Shown piece by piece: positions 51,857 to 63,714 of a DNA stretch of 64,000 nucleotides (within the stretch, counting starts at the first letter, position 1; the number at the start of each line of letters is the position of its first letter). Position numbers and translations under genes: made by a program. Under the pieces are notes generated by a model that did no database searches, was not told where the DNA came from, and saw only the letters and a program-made list of their open reading frames with translations. The DNA lies in contig OX597819.1 in assembly GCA_951406725.2 (NCBI GenBank), positions 35,030,001 to 35,094,000 on the forward strand, read 5' to 3'. Source of the DNA: Octopus vulgaris. Its lineage: Eukaryota.

Positions 51857-53750
51857 CTATAAAAATAAAACAGAAAAAAATTTAAGAAATTAAAATTACA
51901 TCTTTATGGCTCATGAGGCTGATATTTAACTGGATTTTTAGACTGCTCAGATTTCAGTCCATCTCAGGGATACCCCACCCTCCAGTTGCCACTAGTATTC
52001 ATTTTCAGCCGAGTGTTCTATAGAGCAATGTGAAACGATGTGCTTTGCTCAAGGATACAACATGCTAGCTGATCCAAGAATCAAACCTATGACCTCACAA
52101 TTGTGAGCCCAACATCCTAACCACTAAGCCATGTGCCTTCACAAATATTTACATAACTAAAATGTCAAAAGGAATGAAACTAATTTTGTTGAAAGAAATC
52201 GTTGTAAGGTTATCATGTCCTTTCTGCCACCATGTTGCACTTGAAACCAAGGTGTGCTTGTTCCAATCTACTAATGTTGAAAAAATACGACTATATTATC
52301 TGTCAATTTTACAGCTGAGAGAATTACACTATAAAGGGTAAAGATCCCCTACGGTCATGAATGACCATGAGATTACACCTAGAAAGTTCCCCTCCAAAGC
52401 ACAAGTCCAGTCAAGGTTGTTTGTGAAAGGTCAACAGTTGCTCATGCATACCAGCTCCCCCTCTCCATGCCACTGATGTTATCCAATGGAAAGGCAACTC
52501 ATTTCTACAGCTGAGTGAACTGGAGCAATGTGAAATAAAATGTCTTGCTCAAGAACACAACACAGCCGTCTAGAAATCGAACTCACTACCTTGTGATTGT
52601 GAGCCCAACACTCTAACCATCATCATCATCATCATCGTTTAGCACACTATAAAAACCTCTGATTACTACAGATATGTAATCTAATTTGTGGTATTTTTCT
52701 AAATAGTCTTTATATAAACACAGAAAATGCTTGTAAAAGCTTTTTGTTGTATATTGAATATTATCATATGAAAGAGTAGCCCTATGAGCAGAGACATCCA
52801 TGAATAACTAGGACTATATTTTGTGTTTTGGGAGAGTCATTACGCCAATATTAACACACACACTGGTTCAATTCCATTCCTTTATTATTAGTCAATTGGT
52901 TAAATATCCAACTAACTACATGATTGTTTAATTTGGTTAAACAGTAAATCATCAGTTTTGTTTTTGTTTGTCAAAGCTCTTTTGTTGCTACTTGCAATCT
53001 TTACTATGACTATTGACTGACTTAGTCCATCACAGAGGCCACATTTGTCTGCTTTAGATCTTGTTGCATGTCAGTGTGCACATGTGCTCGTGTGTGTACT
53101 TTTGCTTCCTTGTGCATGCATGCTTGAGTGTATGTATGTGTTTATGTATGCATGTGCACCTGTTGTGTATGCATGTGTGCCTATACATGTATTTGTGTGT
53201 ATACGTGTGCATAATGACTCTCCCTAAACACAACAAAATTGTCTCAACATATGAATTCACATAAAGAACCTTGTAAGCCAGACACAAAAACGAAGTAAGA
53301 CTATATTATCTAATGGTTTTTTTTTTCTTTTTTGAGACAATAAATCAAGAGAAACTTGGCCACTATTTCAACCATGTAGAGGCTCATGATAGTGCTGACT
53401 GAAGTAATTCAACATGGTGGATTCTATATCTCTCCAGCAGTACACAAGAGAGGACATGAACACAGTACTACAAACTAACAAAACAGTATTTCACACAGTG
53501 TTTTGGTTGCCTACATCAGGAAGCTGTGCCATTCATGGCAACTATGTAAAGCTGGATAGATCATTGGCATATCTTATGTCCAAAACTGTACTGACTCAGC
53601 CAGCCAAAGCTCTAAACTCTAAAAGCAATCTGACTAAAACATATCTTGATTAACTTATATCTAACCAGTATTTAGTAATTAATACAAAGCATGTTAGTGT
53701 TTATATGTTGTATGATAATTACAAAGAGAAATGTATTTTCAAACACTTAC

Positions 53751-53827
53751 TGGTAAGTGTGAGCCACGGAAGTAAGTGAGATTCTCTGGGCCAGCATAGG
53801 CTGGTTCTGGACAAAATATGAGATGTA
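53751..53827 (-). CDS. TMX2: TMX2 exon (LHLIFCPEPAYAGPENLTYFRGSHLP)
   Basis: ttttag acceptor, CCA|gtaagt donor, 77 nt; PxYxGPE.I/LxYF motif. Confidence 0.93.
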
Positions 53828-53969
53828 CTAAAAAACAAAAAAGTAAAACATTTCAAAGCAAAGCCAAAATACTCTTTTTTTTTCTTTCTTAAAGAAAAAC
53901 AAATAACTTAAGAACTACTTCAATGGACATTCTACAGCATGTACATATATATATTTACATATATATGTA

Positions 53970-54035
<66 letters not shown>

Positions 54036-54189
54036 GAGTTCAATATGAGTTGTTTTATTGAATCAATAATGCCTTATGCAAAATGCTGATCCTAGCAAAA
54101 TTATTTTTTTGATATTGTATAGAGTTATGAGCTTACATGTTTTTGCTCATATATCTTTTCCTACCTAATGCTCCAATTATTATTGGTTA

Positions 54190-54760
54190 TGTTTTCACCT
54201 ACATACCCATACATCTTGAATATTCTGATTTCAGGACCCTTGGATTTTGGGTTTTTTTTTCAATCCTTTTTCACCAATATTTTGTTTAGAAGGGTCTGAA
54301 AAACCTATCAGTGTGCATGTATTTTTTCCCCTGTCTCTTAAGTCAGAATGGTTTGCCTTGATCTCTCTCCCTCAGTCTAGATGGTCTTTTCCTAGATGAC
54401 TGTGGCCAAGTTATTATCATATACTATGTTTGGTATATGCTTATACCACTTGTTTGTTTTCACATCAAATTGTCAAGATATTGCCCAGTGGATATAAATG
54501 CCAACCTCATCATGTCTGTGTATATGTTCAGGTTTGGCTAAGACTGGGTAGCCAGAAATAATGTGGTCAACGATCTCATTGCACTAGTTGCACATTCCAC
54601 AGTTGGTGTGAGGATCTGTTTTCAATGCATAATACTTCTTATAATCCTTTGTGGTCAGATGGTGATTCTGTGCAATCATTCAAATTCTACTTCATTAATA
54701 GTCATACAATTGATCTCAAAGATAATCATCAGAGAATGGGACTGAATATGACACAAGAAA
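54190..54760 (-). mobile_element. R4/Dong-like LINE C-terminal remnant
   Basis: EIVDHIISGYPVLAKPEHIHRHDEVG..IHW resembles the CCHC/RHD region preceding the restriction-like endonuclease. Confidence 0.7.
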
Positions 54761-54799
54761 ATAACATTTTAACTTCAAGAAATGATGTCTTGCAAGTGC

Positions 54800-55215
54800 T
54801 ACCAGTTAAAAGCTCTGTATACTGGAAGCTAGCAAGTGTATGGGGTCATCAGGAGAGAATGCGCGCCGTTTCGGGGCCTACCTCTCGACGGCATCAATGA
54901 GCACCGGCCCCCCTCACTGATATGAGACCCCGCTTGCTAGATCAGCTGGTTATGAAGAACTCAATATACTTCTAGCCATCGCTCATTGTCTCTTTTTAAC
55001 CAAATCCAGTGGCTAGCCTTCTCCACTGTAGATTGGATATCAGTCATGGTGGTATTGACTTTACGATGAGTTAGGCCTAGCGATAACAACAGTCATCTCA
55101 CGCTGTGTCCAACAAACCCTCTACGTCCGACTTCGATACAAAGTGTCATATTCTTATCCGCTTAATTCAGCTTCGTTGGGAACTCCAGGGAAGATTTTAC
55201 TCACATTATAAGGTA
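54800..55215 (-). mobile_element. HERO-like (R2-group) LINE 3' end
   Basis: IEVGRRGFVG...VEKASHWIWLKRD..W* matches the VEVGCRGF / ASxWxWxKR C-terminus; one internal TGA. Confidence 0.78.
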
Positions 55216-55674
55216 TCATGAAAATATAACCAAATAAATGTCCAATGAAAGTTAAGACATTTTTGTGTATTTACAAATCATGCAAATATTATAGGGTAAA
55301 GGCCACCCCCTCAGTCATGAATAACCATGGGATTGCACCTAGGAAGATCTCTTCTAAGTCACAGGTCTGGGTAAGGTTGTTCATGAAAGACCAGCTTTCG
55401 CCCATGCATGCCAGCCTCTCCTCCCCACACTACCAATGTTATCCAAAGGAAAGGCAAATGCTGATACAGCTTGGCACCAGTGATATCACAACTCATTCGT
55501 ACAGCTGAGTGAAATAAAGCATCTTGCTCAAGTACACAGCACGTACAGCCTGGTCCAGGAATCAAACTCACTGCCTCATGATTGTGAGCCAAACACTAAC
55601 CACTGCACCATGCACCTTCACAAATATTATAATAACACTTAAATAGATATTTTTGAAACAAAATGTTCCCCATG

Positions 55675-56108
55675 ATAAATCTTCAAAGCCACAGTCGAAC
55701 CAATTTTCCTATATGGCTCAGAAACCTGGACGTTATCAAAGAAGCTTGAGAGGCGGTTGGATGGAACTTACACTGGCCTCCTTATGAGAGCTCAAAATCT
55801 CTCATGGAAGCGTCATCCAACGAAAGTACAAATATATGGGAAACTAACACCTGTATCATCTCTTGTGAAAGGTAGAAGAGTCCAGTTTGCTGGACATTGT
55901 AGAGCTGAAAATGAGGCAATTCTACTCTTCTCCTCTGGAAGCCATCTACTCGCGATACCAGAGGGTGCACACTCTCCTACCCTGATGTAATCTCCAGGGA
56001 TACAGGCATCCAGCAACAGGACCTCCATAATGCTATGATGGACCATCAAGTCTGGTGTAGCATAGTAAATTCCATTGTCTCGACCATGGTCGAAAAATGA
56101 TGATGATG
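55675..56108 (+). mobile_element. RTE-clade LINE 3' fragment (family A)
   Basis: Same motifs as the 10050 copy; ends in (tga)n. Confidence 0.88.
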
Positions 56109-56185
56109 CCCGCTTAATAATGACTAAGTTATTTCACTAAATTCTCCATTCTTTTTAAAATTAACTGAAACAAAGGCAGTATAGT

Positions 56186-56414
56186 TTAACCCTTTAGTGT
56201 TCGCATTATTCTACCAAAATTAATCCTTTTTTATCCACATTGTTTTGAACTAATCATGCCTTATCTTGTAGCTATGAGATTTTGATGAGGTAGCTGTTGA
56301 TTTTTAAAACGATATTGTAGGGTTGGTGTGAGAGACCAGATCTAGCCAGTTTGAACATAAAACAGGCAAAATACTTTTGGCCGGATATGGCCAGTTTAAA
56401 TGCTAAAGGGTTAA
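56186..56414. mobile_element. piggyBac-type MITE, second family
   Basis: TTAA-ccctttag ... ctaaaggg-TTAA; relatives at 1073-1297, 15388-15598, ~36870-37028 and ~41830-42050. Confidence 0.85.
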
Positions 56415-56492
56415 CAGAAATTTGGTAAGAAAAGGATTAAAAAAGAAAGTAGATATGTAAACAAGTTCAGGAGCAATATAAAATATACTTAC

Positions 56493-56606
56493 ATAAACAG
56501 GGAATAGCAAAACACAATCCATATATAGGTCCTTGTTTCAAGAAAAGAAGGAAGTTAAGAGCTTTGCCAAACATGCATGCTGTAGAAATGTAACTAAGAA
56601 AATTGG
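56493..56606 (-). CDS. TMX2: TMX2 exon (TNFLSYISTACMFGKALNFLLFLKQGPIYGLCFAIPCL)
   Basis: ttttcag acceptor, T|gtaagt donor, 114 nt, phase 1-1; MFxK.xN..LF pattern of TMX2. Confidence 0.9.
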
Positions 56607-56757
56607 CTGAAAAGGGAAAATATGAAAAAATAAATAAATAGAACAACATAAGAAAACGGAATAATTAATTCAGTGTATAAAAACATATTTAATCCTATTA
56701 TAGAGGAACAGCTGAAAGAAAAAACAACTGATCAGCATCTTCAAGACTGATTTAGTG

Positions 56758-56969
56758 TACAGTAATCCCTCAACTATTGCAGGTGTTATGTTCCAAAACC
56801 CCCCGTGATATATAAAAATCCGCAAAGTAGAAACAGTAATGTACTGTATATTTTTTTAATTATTTTTATAATTCGTATATATTTATTTTATTATAAATGC
56901 AAAACAACACAATGGAGGAATTTAAGTAAGCTTAAATATTAAAACACGATATGGCGACAGATTACTGTA
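56758..56969. mobile_element. Tigger/pogo-type MITE
   Basis: TA-cagtaatc ... gattactg-TA termini. Confidence 0.7.
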
Positions 56970-57084
56970 ATCGTGATTATCTGCTGTCTTCCTTTGGTGC
57001 AAAAATCTTCTAGAACCCTGAGCATAGACGACAGTGATACAGACTTAATAAATGACAAAGATTAAGAAAGACACCAAAGATGAT

Positions 57085-57300
57085 ATTGGTTTCAAATTTT
57101 GGTACAAGGCCAGAAATTTTGGGGGAGGAGTTAGGTCAGTTACATTGACCACTGTGTTCAACTGGTGCTTATTTTATCAACCTTGAAAGGATGAAAGGCA
57201 AAGTCAAGCTCAGTGAAATATGCACTCAGAGCATAAAGGCAGACGATATGCTAAGCATTTTGCCTGGCATGCTAATGATTCTGCCAGTTAACTGCCTTCA
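57085..57300 (-). mobile_element. Third SINE family (ggatgaaaggcaaagtc core)
   Basis: Related copies at 5345, 8750, 24410, 35355 and 40080. Confidence 0.7.
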
Positions 57301-57305
57301 GTAAA

Positions 57306-57662
57306 TCATCATCATCATCATTTAACGTCCGCTTTCCATGCTAGCATGGGTTGGACGGTTCAACTGGAGTCTGGGAAGCCAGAAGGCTGCACCAGGCCCA
57401 GTCTGATCTGGCAGTGTTTCTACGGCTGGATGCCCTTCCTAACGCCAACCACTCCATGAGTGTAGTGGGTGCTTTTTACGTGCCACCAGCACAGGTGCCA
57501 GACGAGGCTGGCAACGGCCACGATCGGATGGTGCTTTTTACGTGCCACCGGCACGGAGGCCAGTCGGTGCAGCGCTGGCAACGGCCATGTTCGGATGGTT
57601 CTCTTACGTGCCACCGGCACTGGTATCACAGCTACAATTTCCATTGATGTTGATCGATTTCG
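57306..57662 (-). mobile_element. Family B 3' UTR copy
   Basis: Close match to 26290-26570 and 41536-41790. Confidence 0.85.
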
Positions 57663-57746
57663 ATTAAAATCAAAAACTATCCACTGTTTAACATAAGTTC
57701 AGAAAACAAACTGTTTTGTTATACAATGATGGTTGTTATTAATTAT

Positions 57747-57975
57747 TTAACCCTTTCGTTACTGTATTTATTTTGAGATGCTCTGTGTTTCTTTCAATTA
57801 CTTTAAATATAACAAAGAATTTAGTAAAATAACTTAGTTGTCATTAAACTAGTGATAGGAAGATAAATTGTGACTAAGGTTTGGTGGAAGACTTTAATTC
57901 AAAACTTATGAAAACAAGACATTTGTACTACAGAGTCAGAGCCAGTTTCAGCCGGGTTGGTAACGAAAGGGTTAA
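57747..57975. mobile_element. piggyBac-type MITE, inverted copy of 24646
   Basis: Same TIRs and TTAA TSD; internal sequence is the reverse complement. Confidence 0.9.
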
Positions 57976-59306
57976 ATGTTATCTAAATGAAACAAATAAA
58001 TTTATGTACTTAATTCATACTATCAATTGGAATTTACATTTTCAACATTGTTTCAATCTTTTCGGTAATATCTTTATATCTTTTCTTTTTCTTGTTTCAG
58101 TATGTGAACATTGGCCATGCTGGGGCACTGCTTTCAAGGGTTTTCACTCAAATTAATTGACTCCAGTATTTTTTCTTGGTTTTATATTTTAAGCCCGGTA
58201 CTTATTCTATCAGTCTCTTATGCCAAACTGCTAAGCTACAGAGATGTAAACAAATCAACACCAGTTGTCCCATACACACATCTACACATCTTCAAACACC
58301 CACACATCTACATACACACACACACACACACACACAACAGGCTTCTTTCAGTTTTAATCTATCAGATCTACTCTCAAGGATTTGGTCAACCTGGAGCTGT
58401 AGAAGACTCTTGCCCAAAGTGCCGCACAGTGGGGCTACACACACACACACAACAGGCTTCTTTCTGTTTTAATCTATCAGATCCACTCTCAAGGATTTGG
58501 TCAACTTGGAGCTGTACTGCACAGTGGGGCTGCACCTGGAACCGTGCCCATGGTCAAATTGAAATATTACTATATTTCAGTAATATTTCTTGACATATAT
58601 TTTTTAGAGATGCAAAGCTTAACATCTGAATATAAAGTTATATAGCTTACACATTCTCTTTTAAATAGCAACATTGATTTTCTAACAAATGTTGCTTTTT
58701 TTTTTTTTTTTTTTTCTTTTCCTTGGCAGTGTTGGTTATAGTCAATTATATTGATTCTGGCATTTCAATTAGGAACACTCAATGGGTGCAGCTAACAGCT
58801 GTAGACATTGGGAGTACTGTATCAGATAGCATTTTGAAACACTGAGGTGCTGAATTTAAATTCTCTCCTCAGTATTGCTGGGAAAGGATAACTTCCACTA
58901 TGTTGACATACTTCATTCAACGCTAGCATAAAATTCCATGCAATTTACTTGACCTGGTAGAAATAGCAACCAAATCTACTTCAAATCACATCCAAAAAGA
59001 TTAAATGCAACACTGACCGTAGCAGGATTTGGAATCAGAAAGTAAAAAGGCATAACTAAATACCACAGACCATTTTGTCAGACATTCTAATGACTCTGCC
59101 AAGTCTGCTAGTCTACCACCGCTAAATACATATTAAAAAAAAATCATTTGGAAAGTGGTCAAAAAATTAAATTGAATATTGACACACAAACACACACATA
59201 CATACATACATATTTAGACATATGTATACACAAACATATAAACACACACATACATATATATATATACGTCAGATGTACTCATAAACGTGTGATCAGTCTT
59301 CTTGAT

Positions 59307-59340
<34 letters not shown>

Positions 59341-59480
59341 GTTATAGGAATCAAAGTTGATATCTTTTCCAACAACATTATTAAAGTGAGAGAAATAGCT
59401 ATGACTGCGAATTGAACTCAGCTTGCAGCACAGTCATTTACCACCTATGCTCCTATGCTTTGATACTCATTATTTACATA

Positions 59481-59861
59481 GGCACAGGAGTGGCTGTGTG
59501 GTAAGTAGCTTGCTTACCAACCACATGGTTCCGGGTTCAGTCCCACTGCATGGCACCTTGGGCAAGTGTCTTCTGCTATAGCCTCGGGCCGACCAAAGAC
59601 TTGTGAGTGGATTTGGTAGACGGAAACTGAAAGAAGCCCATCGTATATATGTATATATATGTGTGTGCATTTGTGTGCCTGTGTTTGTCCCCCCCCCCCA
59701 ACATCACTTGACAACCGATGCTGGTGTGTTTACTTCCCCGTAACTTAGCGGTTCGGCCTAAGTACTAGGCTGACAAAGAATTAGTTCTGGGGTCGATTTG
59801 CTCAACTAAAGGCGGTGCTCCAGCATGGCCGCAGTCAAATGACTGAAACAAGTAAAAGAGT
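59481..59861 (+). mobile_element. tRNA-derived SINE, same family
   Basis: ggcacaggagtggctgtgtggtaag...ggttcagtccc head through gactgaaacaagtaaaagag tail. Confidence 0.9.
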
Positions 59862-60301
59862 ATAGTTTTATTTGTTTTTGTGGGGGGGGGGGGGATGACA
59901 AGGAAGGATTAAATGATAATGATGATGGCTGTCTTAGATAGAGAGCAGTGAGGAAGATGTGATTAATGCTCTTCTTAAACACTGAAAATTGATGATTGCA
60001 GGTCAAGGAGAGGATTCCACAAGGATAACATACTAGGGTGGGGGGGAAGGATTAAGCATGGAGGACACTGAATGACAAGAGGAGGAAAGAGGAATGAGTT
60101 GGGAGGACATGAGACCACCAGCACAAAAAAAAAAAAAAGAGGTCACTGTTGAAAAGACTGAGTGAAGAGACATTATATCTGTAGGTTAGAGGTTGGGATG
60201 TGTTAGTAAACAATTTCATGCCAATCAATTAGGTGGGTTTCTGAAGAAGAGGATGTAGTTTAAGATGTCTCTATGTGTAGCATACCATCCTAGTTACATT
60301 T

Positions 60302-60726
60302 TGGATCTTTTCGGTTTGAACGGCAGTTTCTAACATAATTTCTAGGTAACTAAAAAAATTTTAAACTTCGTATACTGGTAGAATGGCTTTATAAAACATC
60401 TTTTTCTCTTGGCTTTATTGAGAAAATTCTACAGTTTGTAAGATATTTTTTTGTGTTTTTTCTTCAATTTCTGCAATTTCAACCAATCACTGACTTCTAT
60501 TGAGTTAAAAAGCATTCTGTGCCGTATGAATATGTCCCTCGTTTAAGAAATAGATTAGGTTTAATTACATTTGTGAAGAAAAAAAGATACCCTTCCCCTC
60601 ACTCCTAACCAACCCTAACCCTAAAACAGATTGAAATGCAATAGATCGATACTAGGATCATAATTATGGGTGACAATTTCATATGACACCGCTAGAAAAA
60701 ACTACCGTTCAAACTGAAAAGATCCT
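60302..60726. mobile_element. Same GGGATC-TIR element, opposite orientation
   Basis: Matches the 49701 copy; flanks acattt / atgttt are consistent with a decayed 6-bp TSD. Confidence 0.88.
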
Positions 60727-60836
60727 ATGTTTTTGTTACATATGAAAAGAAAATCCAAATGAAATAACATTTCTGATAGAGTTGTAAAGTTGTTTTTAAA
60801 ACTTTTAGACAATTTATCGATTAAGGGCATACTTAC

Positions 60837-60897
60837 TCTGTCTCCTGTTTTTAATGACGATGATACAAGCTAAAAAGGTCAGCCATTCCCATTCTTT
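60837..60897 (-). CDS. TMX2: TMX2 first exon visible in window, probably exon 2 (KEWEWLTFLACIIVIKNRRQ)
   Basis: ctcacag acceptor, A|gtaagt donor, 61 nt; aligns with TMX2 REVEILMFLSAIVMMKNRR. Confidence 0.9.
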
Positions 60898-61114
60898 CTG
60901 TGAGAGAAAACAAAACATTAATAATTTCAATTTTATTTAGTGTGACTGGGTTAAAAAACACTAATTACTAATGACTAGCATACTCTGATAATAACTTTGT
61001 AAAAACAAAGAATCAGTTGTTAAAAAATATTACACACACACGTATATATACATATATACACATACATATATATACATCTACATAGATACATGCATGCACA
61101 CATATATATTTATA

Positions 61115-61275
61115 AAGGGAAAGTTTACGAAAATAAACAAAAGACGAAGGCAGGTGGAGTACAAACAAACAAATGTATTAGTATAGCGCTCAGGAATAGA
61201 AAAAGTCTTTTACGTTTTGAGCCTACGCTCTTCGACAGAAAGATACACAGAAAAAAAAACAAGGAGAGAAAAATA
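61115..61275 (-). mobile_element. Short repeat carrying a hammerhead-like motif (copy 2)
   Basis: Reverse complement matches 8510-8675. Confidence 0.65.
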
Positions 61276-61399
61276 TATACACAGTTTAAGGAAGTAATAT
61301 CCACATAAAGGATTGTTAAAAACAATCCTGATGCCAACTGGGTTTAACCAAATATATTGATAGGAAGATCATCAATATATGTGTATATAAACAGTCTCT

Positions 61400-61604
61400 T
61401 TTACTCTTTTACTTGTTTCAGTCATTTGACTGTGACCATGCTGGAGCACCGCCTTTAGTCGAGCACATCGACCTCAGGACTTATTCTTTGTAAGCCTAGT
61501 ACTTATTCTATCGGTCTCTTTTGCCGAACCACAAGGTTACGGGGATGTAAACACACCAGCATCGGTTGTCAAGTGATGTTGGGCGGGGGGAAAACAGACA
61601 CACA

Positions 61605-61674
<70 letters not shown>

Positions 61675-61812
61675 CAACGGGCTTCTTTCAGTTTCTGTCT
61701 ACCAAATCCACTCACAAGGCTTTGGTTGGCCTGAGGCTATAGTAGAAAACACTTGCCCAAGGTGCCACGTAGTGGGAATGTGGGCTACTTACCACACAGC
61801 CACTCCTGCACC
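61400..61812 (-). mobile_element. tRNA-derived SINE, same family
   Basis: Reverse complement of the 59481 copy with an expanded (TA)n and a small head deletion. Confidence 0.88.
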
Positions 61813-62109
61813 TAAAATTTTAAAAGCCAATAAAAGAAAATGGAGAAGAGATATTAAAAAGATGCTTGGTTTGTTCCATTTGTATTACAATTGGAAAAGT
61901 AATGCAAACAAAATGAGAGGGGAGGATATTTGGGGGTTATCTTATTGGTTGAGGCAGTTCCTTTTATACTCTTATAGGTATATTTTTTCATCTTTTAATT
62001 TGCATTACTTTTCCAGTTGTAATACAAATAAAACAAACCAAGCATCTTTTCAACTTTTCTTCTCCATTTTCTTTTATTGACTTTTTAATTAGATAGATAG
62101 ACAGACAGA

Positions 62110-62495
62110 CAGATAGACATGTTTCTTTATTAGCCACACACGGCTGCACACAGACGGGACAGATTACAAAGTAGAGCTTTTCTTTTTGGGGGAGAGAAGA
62201 AAAAAAAAGAGGTGGATTAGGTTTTCAATCAAAAGGGAAAGAAGAAAAGAAAAAGAGGAAAAAACCCATCAATAGGGATCAAGTATCACAGTGTCGTGGT
62301 GTAAGGTGTAAAGGGGGAAGCAGACAAGGTTTATCCGGGGGAAGAAAAGCCTACAGAAAAGACCATGGTAACCTTGGTCAATGATGTTACATGTTACCAC
62401 ATTTGTTTGCAAGTAGGTAACCCTCTGTTTTAAATTTTCCGGGTTCATAGGATTATGCTCAAGGTGGCTTCATCATTCATACATGCCATCCTTGG
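62110..62495 (-). mobile_element. LINE 3' tail (Tx1/L1-like)
   Basis: Short ORF end, pyrimidine-rich 3' UTR and AATAAA before a microsatellite on the - strand. Confidence 0.5.
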
Positions 62496-62524
62496 ATAGA
62501 TGGATGGAAGGATGGATGGATAGA

Positions 62525-62940
62525 GGTGCAGGCGTGGCTGTGTGTTAAGAAACTTGCTTCCCAATCAAATGGTCTGGTTTCAGTTCCCCCACAGCGTGGT
62601 ACCTTGGGCAAGTGTCTTCTACTATAGACTCAGGCTGACCAAAGCCTTGTGAGTGGATTTGGCAGATGGAAACTGAAAGACACACACACAGAGATATACA
62701 TATATACATACATATATATATATGTATGAATGTATATCTGTGTGTGTGTGTTTCTGTGTCTGTATTTGTCCCCTCACCACTGCTTGACAATTGGTGCTGG
62801 TGTATTCGCAGCTCCGTAATTCAGTGGTTTGGTAAAAGAGACAGAGAGAATAAGTACCAGGTTTAAAAAACAAAAAAATACAAGTAGTGGGGTCGATTCA
62901 GTCTATCAAAAATTCGAAGTGGTTCCCCACATGGGCACAG
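62525..62940 (+). mobile_element. tRNA-derived SINE, older copy
   Basis: Same head and body, more diverged; further partial copies near 2160-2590, 18180-18520, 34425, 48990 and 58090-58560. Confidence 0.82.
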
Positions 62941-63199
62941 TCTCTTCAGAGAGAGATAGAGACACTAATTACTACTGACTAGCATACTCTGATAATAACT
63001 TTGTAAAAACAAAGTATCAGTTGTTAAAAAATATTACACACACACACATATACATACATATATATATACACATACATATATACATTCAACGCTAGCATAA
63101 AATTCCAGTCAAATCGTCCAACTCAGGCTACCATGGAAAGCGGGCGTTAAATGATGATTTTATATATATATATATAATCATCGTTTAACGCCCGCTATA

Positions 63200-63662
63200 T
63201 CATCATCATCATCATTTAACTGGCGAACCAGATGGCTGCACCTGGCTCCAATTTGATCTGGCAGAGTTTCTACAGCTGGATGCCCTTCCTAATGCCAACC
63301 ACTCTGAGAGTGTAGTGGGTGCTTTTACGTGCCACCAGCACAAGGGCCAGTGAGGCGGTACTGGCAATGGCCACATTTAAATGGTGTTTTGCCTGTCCAG
63401 CAGCACTGGCATCAACCTCGCTCGAATGTTTTTTCACGTGCCACCGGCACGGAAGCCAGTTTGCTGCTCTGGCAACAATCACGCTCAAATGGTGCTCTCA
63501 GCGCTCCACTAGCACAGATGCCAGTCATCAAATTTAATTTCAATTTCACTTGCCTCAACAGGTCTTCGCAAGCAGAGTTTAGTGTCCAATGAAGGAAAGG
63601 TACGCATAAGTGGGCTGATTACACTCCTGACATAGGCCACAAGGTTATGGTCTCACTTGGCT
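63200..63662 (-). mobile_element. Family B 3' UTR copy
   Basis: Reverse complement of 51020-51610. Confidence 0.82.
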
Positions 63663-63714
63663 TATCTATATATAAATATATGTATGTGTGTGTGTGTGTG
63701 TATATGTATATATG

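Noticed and set aside
59481-59555. tRNA gene
   Set aside because: A/B-box head continues into a SINE body; no complete cloverleaf.
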